This document shows, in pieces, positions 8,040 through 16,835 of a stretch of DNA of 32,000 nucleotides. The notes beneath the pieces were generated by a model. That model saw only the letters and a program-made list of their open reading frames with translations, ran no database searches and had not been told where the DNA came from. Position 1 is the first letter of the stretch. Each line of letters starts with the position of its first letter. The stretch is from Archaeoglobus fulgidus DSM 4304 (lineage in GTDB: Archaea; Halobacteriota; Archaeoglobi; Archaeoglobales; Archaeoglobaceae), in assembly GCF_000008665.1 (NCBI RefSeq), contig NC_000917.1:1650001-1682000 (forward strand). Direction: 5' to 3'. The translations under genes and the position numbers were made by a program.

Positions 8040-9908
8040 ATGAAGATCGAGGGTAAGGTTAGTGAGCATGAAAGCATAAACATGATGTATGAGAGGGTCA
8101 GCAAGGAGGGCGTAACGAACATTGTCGATAGGTTCAACGCACAGGAGAAGGGGAGATGCCCCTTCTGCGAAAAGGGCCTGAGCTGCCAGCTCTGCAGCAT
8201 GGGTCCATGCAGAATTAGTAAGGACAAGCCGACAGGAGCGTGCGGGATTGATGCTGCTGGAATGGTCGTGAGGAACTTCACCCACAAGAACATGCTTGGT
8301 ACTGAAGCATACACCTACCACGCCATTGAGGCCGCGAAAACGCTGAAAGCAACGGCAGAGGGAAAGACTATTTACGAAATCAAGGATGTTGAGAAGCTGA
8401 AGTGGTTTGCAAAGCTGCTTGGCATTGAAGGGGAAGACGTGAACGAACTCGCTGCAAAGGTTGCAGATTTCGTCATATCCGATTTGAGCTCTTTGGAGAA
8501 AAGCAGGCTTGTTGAAATCTTTGCTCCAGAAAAAAGGAAGGAGCTCTGGGAGAAGCTGGGAATTTTCCCGTCAGGAGTCTTTCAGGAGTTGCTAACTATG
8601 GGCTCTTCGGCCATGACAAACGTCGATTCAAATTACGTCTCTCTTGCAAAGAAGAGCATGTCAATGAGCATCGCCACCTGTATGGCAGCACAAATAGCTC
8701 TTGAAACCATACAGGACATTCTTTTCGGCACTCCGATGCCCCACGAGAGCCATTCTGATCTGGGCATTCTCGACCCTGAGTACGTTAACATCGCTGTTAA
8801 CGGTCATGAGCCCTTTGTGGGCATTGCCCTGATAAAGCTCGCCGAGAGAGAGGAGATTCAGGAGAAGGCGAGAAAGGCTGGAGCAAAGGGGCTGAGAATC
8901 ATTGGATTCATTGAAACCGGTCAGGAGATACTCCAGCGCGTTGACAGCCCGGTGTTTGCTGGAATCGTAGGAAACTGGATTGTTCAGGAATATGCACTCG
9001 CTACTGGATGTGTTGACGTTTTTGCTGCTGATATGAACTGCACTCTTCCGTCACTGCCCGAATACCAGCGCTACGGCGTTAAAATTGTCCCCGTCAGCAG
9101 GCTTGTGAGGCTCAAAGGGATTGATGAGGGGCTGGACTACGAGCCGGAGAAGGCTGAAGAGATTGCGATGAAGCTAATCGATATGGCCATAGAGAACTTC
9201 AAGCAGAGGGACAAGAGCAAGGCTGTTAAGGTTGAGCAGAAGAAGAAAATTGTTGTCGGATTCTCGCCTGAAGCGATACTCAAAGCTCTCAACGGTGACC
9301 TCAACGTACTGCTGGATGCAATAAAGAAGGGCGATATAAAGGGAGTGGTGGCCCTGGTTAGCTGCACAACCCTGAAGAACGGCCCGCACGACAGCAGCAC
9401 CGTAACCATTGCAAAGGAGCTGATAAAGAGAGATATTCTGGTCCTTTCGATGGGGTGCGGTAATGCTGCGCTGCAGGTTGCCGGGCTTACATCTATGGAG
9501 GCTGTAGAGCTTGCGGGAGAGAAGCTTAAGGCCGTTTGCAAAGCCCTTAACATCCCACCGGTGCTGAGCTTCGGAACGTGCACCGATACTGGGAGAGCAG
9601 CCTACCTCGTCAGGCTTATTGCCGATGCCCTCGGCGTTGATGTTCCGCAGCTTCCCGTTGCTGTAACAGCCCCTGAATACATGGAGCAGAAGGCCACGAT
9701 TGATGCTGTCTTTGCCGTTGCATACGGCCTCACAACTCACGTTTCGCCTGTTCCGCCAATCACGGGAAGCGAGGATGCGGTAAAGCTCTTTACCGAGGAC
9801 GTGGAGAAGCTCACTGGCGGAAAAGTTGTGGTGGAGGAGGACCCGCTGAAGGCTGCCGAACTCCTCGAGAAGGTAATTGAGGAGAAGAGGAAGGCACTCG
9901 GAATCTGA
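8040..9908 (+). CDS. cooS: Anaerobic Ni-Fe-S carbon monoxide dehydrogenase catalytic subunit (CooS type)
   Basis: GRCPFCEKGLSCQLCSMGPCRI...GACGIDAAGMVVRN cluster-B/D cysteine pattern; HGHE-like NGHEPFVGIAL; DMNCTLPSLP; SCTTLKNG; SMGCGNAALQVAGL; SFGTCTDTGRAA; 622 aa. Confidence 0.96.
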   Translation: MKIEGKVSEHESINMMYERVSKEGVTNIVDRFNAQEKGRCPFCEKGLSCQLCSMGPCRISKDKPTGACGIDAAGMVVRNFTHKNMLGTEAYTYHAIEAAKTLKATAEGKTIYEIKDVEKLKWFAKLLGIEGEDVNELAAKVADFVISDLSSLEKSRLVEIFAPEKRKELWEKLGIFPSGVFQELLTMGSSAMTNVDSNYVSLAKKSMSMSIATCMAAQIALETIQDILFGTPMPHESHSDLGILDPEYVNIAVNGHEPFVGIALIKLAEREEIQEKARKAGAKGLRIIGFIETGQEILQRVDSPVFAGIVGNWIVQEYALATGCVDVFAADMNCTLPSLPEYQRYGVKIVPVSRLVRLKGIDEGLDYEPEKAEEIAMKLIDMAIENFKQRDKSKAVKVEQKKKIVVGFSPEAILKALNGDLNVLLDAIKKGDIKGVVALVSCTTLKNGPHDSSTVTIAKELIKRDILVLSMGCGNAALQVAGLTSMEAVELAGEKLKAVCKALNIPPVLSFGTCTDTGRAAYLVRLIADALGVDVPQLPVAVTAPEYMEQKATIDAVFAVAYGLTTHVSPVPPITGSEDAVKLFTEDVEKLTGGKVVVEEDPLKAAELLEKVIEEKRKALGI

Positions 9909-9953
9909 TGCTAATTTAGAAACATTTTTTAATTACCAATTTTTTCCTTTTTC

Positions 9954-10829
9954 ATGGAGGAGGTTCTTCCCAACGTTTACCTCATAGACACGCTGAAGTA
10001 CGTCGAGCCGGGAGTCATCTCTGCCTACGCTGTTGTTCACGAGAGGGCTGCAATAATAGACCCCGGAACTGCGAAGGGGGCCGAGATAATCCTTGATGAG
10101 ATTGATAGGAGCTGGAATGTTGAGTACATCTGCCCCACTCACATCCACATTGATCACGGAGGTGGGGCAGCGAGGCTTGCCAAAGCCCTTGATGCGAAAA
10201 TCATAGTCCATCCGAGAGGGGTTAAGCATGTCGTCAATCCCGAAAAGCTGTGGGAAGCATCAAAGGCGGTTCTCGGCGAGGTTGCGGAGATTTACGGCAA
10301 GCCAGAGAGCATTGATGAGAGCAAGGTGATTGCTGTTGAGGATGAGCAGGAGTTTGATTTGGGAGGGGAGAGGCTTAAAGTCTTCCACGCTCCGGGCCAC
10401 GCTCCGCACATGCTGGTGTATTATCTGACAAACTCAAAGGTGCTGTTTCCTGCTGATGCCGTGGGGATGTGCTTCGGAGGTGTGGTTTTTCCCCTCACAC
10501 CACCACCCTTTGATGCTGATGCGGCATTGAAAACCCTTAAGAGGCTGAAGGGGCTGAAGGTTGATTACGTGGCCTTCACCCACTACGGGGTGGTTGAGGG
10601 AGACTGGCCAATTGCTAAATCCTACGAGAAGGTAAAGAGCTGGTTGGAAATAGCAAAGGAGGTTGCCAATGCAAATGGAACTGTTGAAGAGTTCGTTGGG
10701 AGGCTTAGGAAAGAAGATGAGGATGTTGAGAAGCTTTTCAACGTGCTTGGCAGCAAGCCAGTTGCGCTGAGCTTCATCTATACCTCAGCCACCGGAATGC
10801 TCGACGCAGCAAGGAGGATGATAGAATGA
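9954..10829 (+). CDS. Metallo-beta-lactamase-fold hydrolase
   Basis: THIHIDHGGGAARLAKAL (HxHxDH), HAPGHAPHMLVYY, FPADAVG, FTHYG metal-ligand motifs. Confidence 0.88.
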   Translation: MEEVLPNVYLIDTLKYVEPGVISAYAVVHERAAIIDPGTAKGAEIILDEIDRSWNVEYICPTHIHIDHGGGAARLAKALDAKIIVHPRGVKHVVNPEKLWEASKAVLGEVAEIYGKPESIDESKVIAVEDEQEFDLGGERLKVFHAPGHAPHMLVYYLTNSKVLFPADAVGMCFGGVVFPLTPPPFDADAALKTLKRLKGLKVDYVAFTHYGVVEGDWPIAKSYEKVKSWLEIAKEVANANGTVEEFVGRLRKEDEDVEKLFNVLGSKPVALSFIYTSATGMLDAARRMIE

Positions 10830-11830
10830 TGCTGAAGTTCAACCCTGATTTGTGCCTTAACTGCACAACATACAGCTGCCTCACCAAATGCATCAACCTG
10901 AACTACGATTTCGATTCGGCGAAGGAGGAGAAAAGGAAGATTGCCCTCGGAGAGTACAGCAGGGTTCTTGAGGAGTGCTACACATGCTATGGCTGCGAGG
11001 AGTACTGTGAGTTCAACAACCATCCCTTCTACCGCATGGCAGAGCTTCAGGAAAGTTTGGGAGTGAAGAAAGTCAGCGATGAAACAAAAGCAGCCCTTCT
11101 GCAGCGATACGATGTCAGCAGCGAGTTCATTCCAAAAAAGGTTGGCGGGAAGTTCGTCCACATCTGCCTCTTCCCTGAAGTGAAGGACTTGGTGAAGGGG
11201 AAGCTCTTTGAGGGCTATGATGTCGTCAGGGGGAGGCATGTATTCTGCAACATGCTCTACCTCCACTACGGGATGGTTTCCGTGGTTAAGGAGAGGGCGG
11301 AAAGAACGATAAGCAACATAATGAAGCTTCAACCTGATGAGCTAATCCTTTACCACGATGAATGCTACGCCTTCTACAAGTCCTTTGCCGAAGCTTACGG
11401 GATTGAAGTTCCCTTCCCCTACACACACCTCTTCGAGTTCCTTTATCAGCGTTTGAAGGAGATGGAGGTGAGGGAGCTTGGAGTAAAGGTTGCCTACCAG
11501 AGAAACTGTTCCAACAGGTTTATTGCCGAGACTGACAGAACTCTCGACAGAATCTTTGAGCTAATAGGCGTGGAGAGAGTTGAGAGGGAGTTTGATAGGG
11601 AGAGAGCGATTTGCTGCGGTGCCCCCTTCGTCCTCTCAGATGAGCCGGAGAAGGCTGAGGAGCTGCAGAGGAAGAACATCGATGATATGGTGAGCAGTAA
11701 TGCAGAGTACGTCGTCTTCAACTGCCCTATGTGCTACACCACTCTCGCAGAGAAAGTGAGGAAGAATGGGCTTAAGCCAGTAATGGTGAGCGAGCTCTGC
11801 AGGATGGCGATAGGGGAGGTGGATTATTAG
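10826..11830 (+). CDS. Fe-S oxidoreductase with ferredoxin-like N-terminus and CCG-type (HdrD/HdrB-like) cysteine-rich domains
   Basis: CLNCTTYSCLTKC and CYTCYGCEEYCEF clusters; CxxC/CCG-type signatures AICCGAPFVLSDEPEKAEELQRKNIDDM...VFNCPMCYTTLAEKV; overlaps the MBL gene by 4 nt. Confidence 0.82.
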   Translation: MMLKFNPDLCLNCTTYSCLTKCINLNYDFDSAKEEKRKIALGEYSRVLEECYTCYGCEEYCEFNNHPFYRMAELQESLGVKKVSDETKAALLQRYDVSSEFIPKKVGGKFVHICLFPEVKDLVKGKLFEGYDVVRGRHVFCNMLYLHYGMVSVVKERAERTISNIMKLQPDELILYHDECYAFYKSFAEAYGIEVPFPYTHLFEFLYQRLKEMEVRELGVKVAYQRNCSNRFIAETDRTLDRIFELIGVERVEREFDRERAICCGAPFVLSDEPEKAEELQRKNIDDMVSSNAEYVVFNCPMCYTTLAEKVRKNGLKPVMVSELCRMAIGEVDY

Positions 11831-11907
11831 CTTATTTCAATAGGGCTAAGAAAAAGGCAAAGCACGATCGCCTCTTTCATTCAGCATAACGGTTAGTGTT
11901 AAAATTA

Positions 11908-12960
11908 TTAAATCCAGTTAGAGTAGCTTTCGATAAATCCGTTAAATCCGGCGGTTTTCACCCAGCCATCACTCCTCGTGCTGGTTACGCTGAGAGTTGC
12001 CGGGGGTGATGGCACCTTTGTCACACCCAGCGCAACCGTTATTCCCGCAGGATACGAGAACCCTACCGATACGGAAAATGCATAATCGTGCCCTCCCGTA
12101 ATGGCAATTTCCCTCGTATCTCCAGCGGGGGTTATGTAATATTCATCGTAATTCGCTGGCAAATTCCCGTGCCACGATACGTAATCCCTGTAACCTGCAA
12201 CAGGGTCTGTGTTCGTATCAACCGCGTACACCCTCTCGTAGTATATTTTTTCTTCTCCCATCTCAAGCTCCGTTATCGCGTAAACGTATTTTATTTGGAA
12301 ATAGACGGTATACTTGTTTTTTCCTGACAGGTACGGGCTGAAAAGTCCGCTGTCAAGAGTGACTTCGGTATAACCGGAAACCCAAGTTGGGGAACCGTAG
12401 GGACGGGTTTTACTTTCGATTCTAATTTTTGCCCCTCTTGGATAGCCGTATTTAGCAAATATGTCATCCCACGTTGCGAATTTGAGTACCGGGGTAAATT
12501 CGTAAGTCGTCCAAACTCCGGGTGTTGGTTCGGACTTTGTCTTGGGAACGTCCCTTAAAACAATCTTTACTGATTTATGCTCTGGTCTGGCAGGGTCTAC
12601 TGAGAATATTGCCACGCCCATTTTTCCCTCAGTGTAAGCTATAACTTCGAGGTTTATGCTTCTGTAAACCCTGATTTTTTCACCATTGATTTCGAAAGTG
12701 TTCACTTCTTCCTTGGGCAATATCAAACTGGTCGCAACGATTCCCGGTCCAGAACCACTCCAGATTTTTTTTGGACCCTCATCCGTAAGCTCGTTTATAA
12801 TTAAATTCGCAGAAATCGGTTTCCCGCCCTCATCCTCCATCTGGACGGTTATTCCCTGAACCAACTTATCCTTAAAATACACATTCACCGCTATGCTCGT
12901 CACAACTCCCAACACCACGAGCGCTATCAGAGCAACCACTAACCAACCACTCTTTTTCAT
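11908..12960 (-). CDS. Membrane-anchored / exported beta-rich protein of unknown function
   Basis: Single N-terminal hydrophobic helix KKSGWLVVALIALVVLGVVTSIAVNVYF followed by a long, Cys-free, beta-strand-rich extracytoplasmic region. Confidence 0.6.
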   Translation of the reverse strand: MKKSGWLVVALIALVVLGVVTSIAVNVYFKDKLVQGITVQMEDEGGKPISANLIINELTDEGPKKIWSGSGPGIVATSLILPKEEVNTFEINGEKIRVYRSINLEVIAYTEGKMGVAIFSVDPARPEHKSVKIVLRDVPKTKSEPTPGVWTTYEFTPVLKFATWDDIFAKYGYPRGAKIRIESKTRPYGSPTWVSGYTEVTLDSGLFSPYLSGKNKYTVYFQIKYVYAITELEMGEEKIYYERVYAVDTNTDPVAGYRDYVSWHGNLPANYDEYYITPAGDTREIAITGGHDYAFSVSVGFSYPAGITVALGVTKVPSPPATLSVTSTRSDGWVKTAGFNGFIESYSNWI

Positions 12961-13060
12961 TCTCTAACTTGTATGCCAGTTTCCCAAATAAAGATTCCGA
13001 CTGTTTCAACTCAGATTGAAGCAATCGAAAGATTTATTTAACTTGATTTGACATGTCCTT

Positions 13061-13402
13061 GTGGATTGGCAACATAGAGAATGCTCATTTTACGTGGTAA
13101 ATCTTCATTCCGAGGGGGCTAAAGCACTGGCTGCTGAGCTAAGCAGCGAGGTTGGCCTCAAAATATTAAAAGAACTGTACAGGAATCCTCTCTCAGTCAT
13201 GGATCTCTCTGCAAATCTCGAAATTCCCGTTTCAACAGTTCAATACCACGTCAACAGGCTGCTGGAACTCGGCGTTATCAGAGAGGCCGAAAGAAAGCTC
13301 GGAAAAAGGCTTAGAGACGTAAAAACGTACGTTTACGATAAAGAGGGGATAATTTTTCTAAACTGTCCAGAGCCATCAGGAGATACCACAAAATCTGAAT
13401 AA
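13061..13402 (+). CDS. ArsR-like winged-HTH transcriptional regulator (GTG start)
   Basis: LSSEVGLKILKELYRNPLSVMDLSANLEIPVSTVQYHVNRLLELGVIREAERKLGKRLRDVKTYVYDKE. Confidence 0.8.
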   Translation: MDWQHRECSFYVVNLHSEGAKALAAELSSEVGLKILKELYRNPLSVMDLSANLEIPVSTVQYHVNRLLELGVIREAERKLGKRLRDVKTYVYDKEGIIFLNCPEPSGDTTKSE

Positions 13403-13421
13403 AAAAGTAAGAAAGAGCTCA

Positions 13422-14846
13422 CTAATCCCTCCTGTAAATCACCCCATCCGCCTTTCCTGCAGGGATGGAGTACTTTGGAGGCAGGATACCGAGCTTCCTT
13501 GCCTCCTCCTCCAGCCAGTCCCTGTGGTCTGGATGGGCAAGCTGAATCATTGCCGCTGCCCTCTTGTAGATTGGCAGACCTCGCAGATAGGCAATTCCCC
13601 ACTCTGTAGCTACATACTGCACAACCGACCTCGGAACTGTCACCCCAGCACCTGTTGGTAGAGCGGGGATAATTCTTGAGGTGCCGTTGTAGGTTGAGTA
13701 GGTCGCCAGAACGCTCTTCCCCTGCCTGTCGAAGCTGTAGAAGCAGCCAAGCACGAAGTCAAGCTGCCCTCCTGTACCGCTGATCTGGAATATCTTGCCG
13801 CTTGGAGACGTTAGACCAATCTGCCCGGAGTTTATCTGTCCCATGAGGTCTATCTGGGCAACCTGATTGAGGGAGAACATCTTCGGCTGCTGGGCAACAA
13901 CGAAGGGGTTGTTGGTGTACTCAACGGGATAGGTTGCGACCTCTGGATTCCTGTCGAGGAAATCGTAGAGCTTTCTTGTTCCAAGGGCAAAGGAGAACAC
14001 AGCCTTTCCCCTGTCAAGCTTCTTGTTCTGGTTGGTAACTATCCCCTCCTCCATCAGCTCCATCAGTCCGTCTCCCATCATCTCGGTGTGGATGCCCAAG
14101 TCCTTCAGTCCTGCTTCCTTCAGCATCCTGACAACCGTGTTGGGCAATCCACCAATGCCAACCTGAAGCGTTGAGCCATTCTCAATCAGCCCTGCCTCCA
14201 TGATGTTCTCGGCTATCATCTCATCCTCCTTTGATGGTGGGGGTAAGAAGGGCAGGAAGGGTGTGGGGAACTCATTGTCCTCAACAATGTAATCAACTTC
14301 CGAAATGTGGATGCACTCGTCGTAACCTCCATTCACCCAAGGCATGTCCTTCTTAACCACCACAACAACCTTCTCTGCCCCCTCAGCTATGGATTTCAGG
14401 AAGGTGCAGGTGACTCCGAAGTTGAAGAAGCCGTGCCTGTCCATTGGCGTCGTGACGAGGAAAGCTATGTCCGTGTACTTCTTCCCTCCCTTCAAAACTC
14501 CACCAAGCTCCTTCGCTATGTATCCCGCATCCGACAGAACTCCGGGGCGGTGCACGCAGGGCCCAAGCTCCTTGCTGCACTTCCTTACTGGTTCGTAGAG
14601 GAAGCAGCTTTCCCACTTAATCTTCTCCTGCTCAGGGTCAGCCTTCAAGAACTCGTAGTGGGCGATGTCGATGAAGGTTCCGACCTCCACATGGCTGAGC
14701 TCGTCCTTCCTCTTTGCAAGGTACTTGTCGATAATAAGGGCAGTGTTGGCAGAACCGCCAATTTCGATGTGCATTCCATCCTTTACGAGGTTTGCAGCCT
14801 CTTCGGGGCTGATGAGCTTTCTTTCATATTCTTTCTGGTAGTCCAT
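13422..14846 (-). CDS. Acetyl-CoA hydrolase/transferase family protein (4-hydroxybutyrate CoA-transferase-like)
   Basis: LQVGIGGLPNTVVRML, HTEMMGDGLMELMEEGIVTN, VAQIDLMGQINSG, SGTGGQLDFVLG, SRIIPALPTGAGVTVPRSVVQYVATEWGIAYLRG. Confidence 0.88.
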   Translation of the reverse strand: MDYQKEYERKLISPEEAANLVKDGMHIEIGGSANTALIIDKYLAKRKDELSHVEVGTFIDIAHYEFLKADPEQEKIKWESCFLYEPVRKCSKELGPCVHRPGVLSDAGYIAKELGGVLKGGKKYTDIAFLVTTPMDRHGFFNFGVTCTFLKSIAEGAEKVVVVVKKDMPWVNGGYDECIHISEVDYIVEDNEFPTPFLPFLPPPSKEDEMIAENIMEAGLIENGSTLQVGIGGLPNTVVRMLKEAGLKDLGIHTEMMGDGLMELMEEGIVTNQNKKLDRGKAVFSFALGTRKLYDFLDRNPEVATYPVEYTNNPFVVAQQPKMFSLNQVAQIDLMGQINSGQIGLTSPSGKIFQISGTGGQLDFVLGCFYSFDRQGKSVLATYSTYNGTSRIIPALPTGAGVTVPRSVVQYVATEWGIAYLRGLPIYKRAAAMIQLAHPDHRDWLEEEARKLGILPPKYSIPAGKADGVIYRRD

Positions 14847-15026
14847 ATCACCACCTCTACCTTAAAAATTATGCTGACAATTTAACCTTTTCTAAAAAGA
14901 TTTTGCGGTAGTTTAGGAAATTTTTTAAAATTAAAGATATTGAAAGTTCATTGTCAACATTTAAACAATTTTAACATTACCAACTTTAATCGGGAAATTT
15001 TTTAAGGGATTTGGCAATTATAGATT

Positions 15027-16700
15027 ATGGTAGTTCTCTACGGGAAGGATGTGGTGGACAGATACGTTGCAGAGGGATGGTGGGACAACGTAACGCTTTT
15101 TGAGAGATTCAGGAGGAACTGCAAGAGAAATCCTGAAAGGACTGCTGTTGTTGACCCTCCAAACAAGGAGGAGCTCGTGGGTTTTAAGCCTGAAAGGTTG
15201 AGTTATGCTGAGCTCAGCGATTTTGATGACAGACTGGCCTCATTTCTGCTCGATAACGGAGTTTTCAAGGATAGCTGCGTTTTGGTGCAGCTTCCCAATA
15301 CGGTGGAGCTAATTGCTGCATACCTCGCAACGTGGAGGGCTTCAGCCTTCATCTCTCCCGTTCCAATGCAGTGGAGGGAGCACGAGATGGGGCATGTTTG
15401 CAGGGTTTTGCAGCCAAAGGTTTTCATAACAGCAGACACCTTCAAAGGCTTCGACCACGCTCAGATGGCCTCCAGGATTAAGGAGGCTTTTCCGAGCATT
15501 GAGAAAGTCGTAACGTATTCCCAGCTTTACGAGATTTGCAGAAACTACCGCATAAGGGAGGATCTTGATGAGGCGTCATCCTTTGCATCTGGAAACGATA
15601 TTGCCGTGGTGCAGTGGACCTCAGGAACCGAAGCCGAGCCCAAAGCCTGTCCCCTCTCCCACAACAACTGGGGCTTTCTGCGCTTTCTTTACGATGGAGA
15701 GAGATACAGAGGAGGGCTGCTGAGCGATGGGGATGTTATAATGAACCCGGCCCCCATAGTGAATATGACAGGAATTGGAGTTGGCCTCATTCCGTGGATC
15801 ATGTGCTCCGGAACCTTTGTTCTGCACCACCCCTTCGAACCAATGCTCTACGTCAGGCAGCTGATTGAGGAGGGTGTGAACTTCACTCTCGCTCCTCCTG
15901 CTGTTGTTGTTGCAATTCTAAAACATCCCATGGCTTCACAGCTCAGCTTTGACAAGCTGAAGTACTTCGCCCAAGGCTCGGCACCTCCACCACCATGGAC
16001 TTTTGTCGAGCTGAAAAACAGGGGGATAGAGCCGATGAACATCTGGGGGCAGAATGAGGGGACTGGACTGTTCTCCTACGACAGGACAATCCCTGATCTG
16101 GAGAAGAGGGCAAGGAGCTTTCCCATTCCGGATAAAGTAAGGGATTTGCCCTTCTTCAGGGCTATAGAGATAAAGATTGTTGACGAGAGTGGTAAGGAGA
16201 TGAAGGAGCCGGGCAGTGTGGGAGAGCTGTGCTACAGAAGCCCACTTACGATGCCATGCTACTACCGCCAGCCTGAGTTGACGAAGAAGTCCTTTGATGC
16301 TGACGGCTTCTTCCACACAGGTGATCTGTTTGAGGTAGTTGATGATACTACAATCGCCTTCTTCGACAGAAAGAAGGACATAATAATCAGAGGAGGGTTC
16401 AATGTAAGCTCCGCTGAGGTGGAGGACGTCGTCAAGAAGCACCCCAACGTATTGGATGCTGCAGCAGTGGGTGTTCCTGACGAGAGGCTCGGGGAGAGAG
16501 TTGGCTTGTACGTTGTTCCAAAGCCCGGCACTACCGTAACGCTGGAAGACATAAAGAAGCACATGGAGGAGAGCGGAGTTGCAGTTTACAAGTGGCCTGA
16601 AGTGGTGGTTGTTGTTGACGAGATTCCAAGAAATCCTGTGGGGAAGGTTCTGAAGAGTAGGCTGAGGAAGGAGATCGTTGAGAGGATGAAAGCTGGTTAA
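15027..16700 (+). CDS. AMP-dependent acyl-CoA synthetase/ligase
   Basis: WTSGTEAEPKACPLSHNNW (A3), NIWGQNEGTG (A5), GFFHTGDLFEV (A7), FFDRKKDIIIRGGFNVSSAEVEDVV (A8), PRNPVGKVLKSRLR (A10). Confidence 0.92.
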   Translation: MVVLYGKDVVDRYVAEGWWDNVTLFERFRRNCKRNPERTAVVDPPNKEELVGFKPERLSYAELSDFDDRLASFLLDNGVFKDSCVLVQLPNTVELIAAYLATWRASAFISPVPMQWREHEMGHVCRVLQPKVFITADTFKGFDHAQMASRIKEAFPSIEKVVTYSQLYEICRNYRIREDLDEASSFASGNDIAVVQWTSGTEAEPKACPLSHNNWGFLRFLYDGERYRGGLLSDGDVIMNPAPIVNMTGIGVGLIPWIMCSGTFVLHHPFEPMLYVRQLIEEGVNFTLAPPAVVVAILKHPMASQLSFDKLKYFAQGSAPPPPWTFVELKNRGIEPMNIWGQNEGTGLFSYDRTIPDLEKRARSFPIPDKVRDLPFFRAIEIKIVDESGKEMKEPGSVGELCYRSPLTMPCYYRQPELTKKSFDADGFFHTGDLFEVVDDTTIAFFDRKKDIIIRGGFNVSSAEVEDVVKKHPNVLDAAAVGVPDERLGERVGLYVVPKPGTTVTLEDIKKHMEESGVAVYKWPEVVVVVDEIPRNPVGKVLKSRLRKEIVERMKAG

Positions 16701-16835
16701 GTAGCATCAATTTTTTATTACTAAATAACACATTCTCTTATTTTAAGAATAATTTTTTATTTAAATTTTAAACCGAAACTTTTTTTATATTTTCATGCTA
16801 ATTTTAAGTTAACCTAAAACTGAGGTGATTAAAGG

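Noticed and set aside
7839-8321. 160-aa minus-strand ORF spanning the cooS start
   Set aside because: Its N-terminal half is antisense to cooS; only the C-terminal segment from the ATG at 7958 belongs to the HTH_10 regulator.
10778-11332. 184-aa minus-strand ORF
   Set aside because: Antisense to the Fe-S oxidoreductase; no supporting motif.
15936-16562. 208-aa minus-strand ORF
   Set aside because: Antisense shadow of the acyl-CoA ligase.
16701-16835. AT-rich intergenic region as a possible small RNA locus
   Set aside because: Contains only T-rich termination-like stretches (AATTTTTTATTT) and a probable promoter for the 614-aa gene; no convincing structured RNA.
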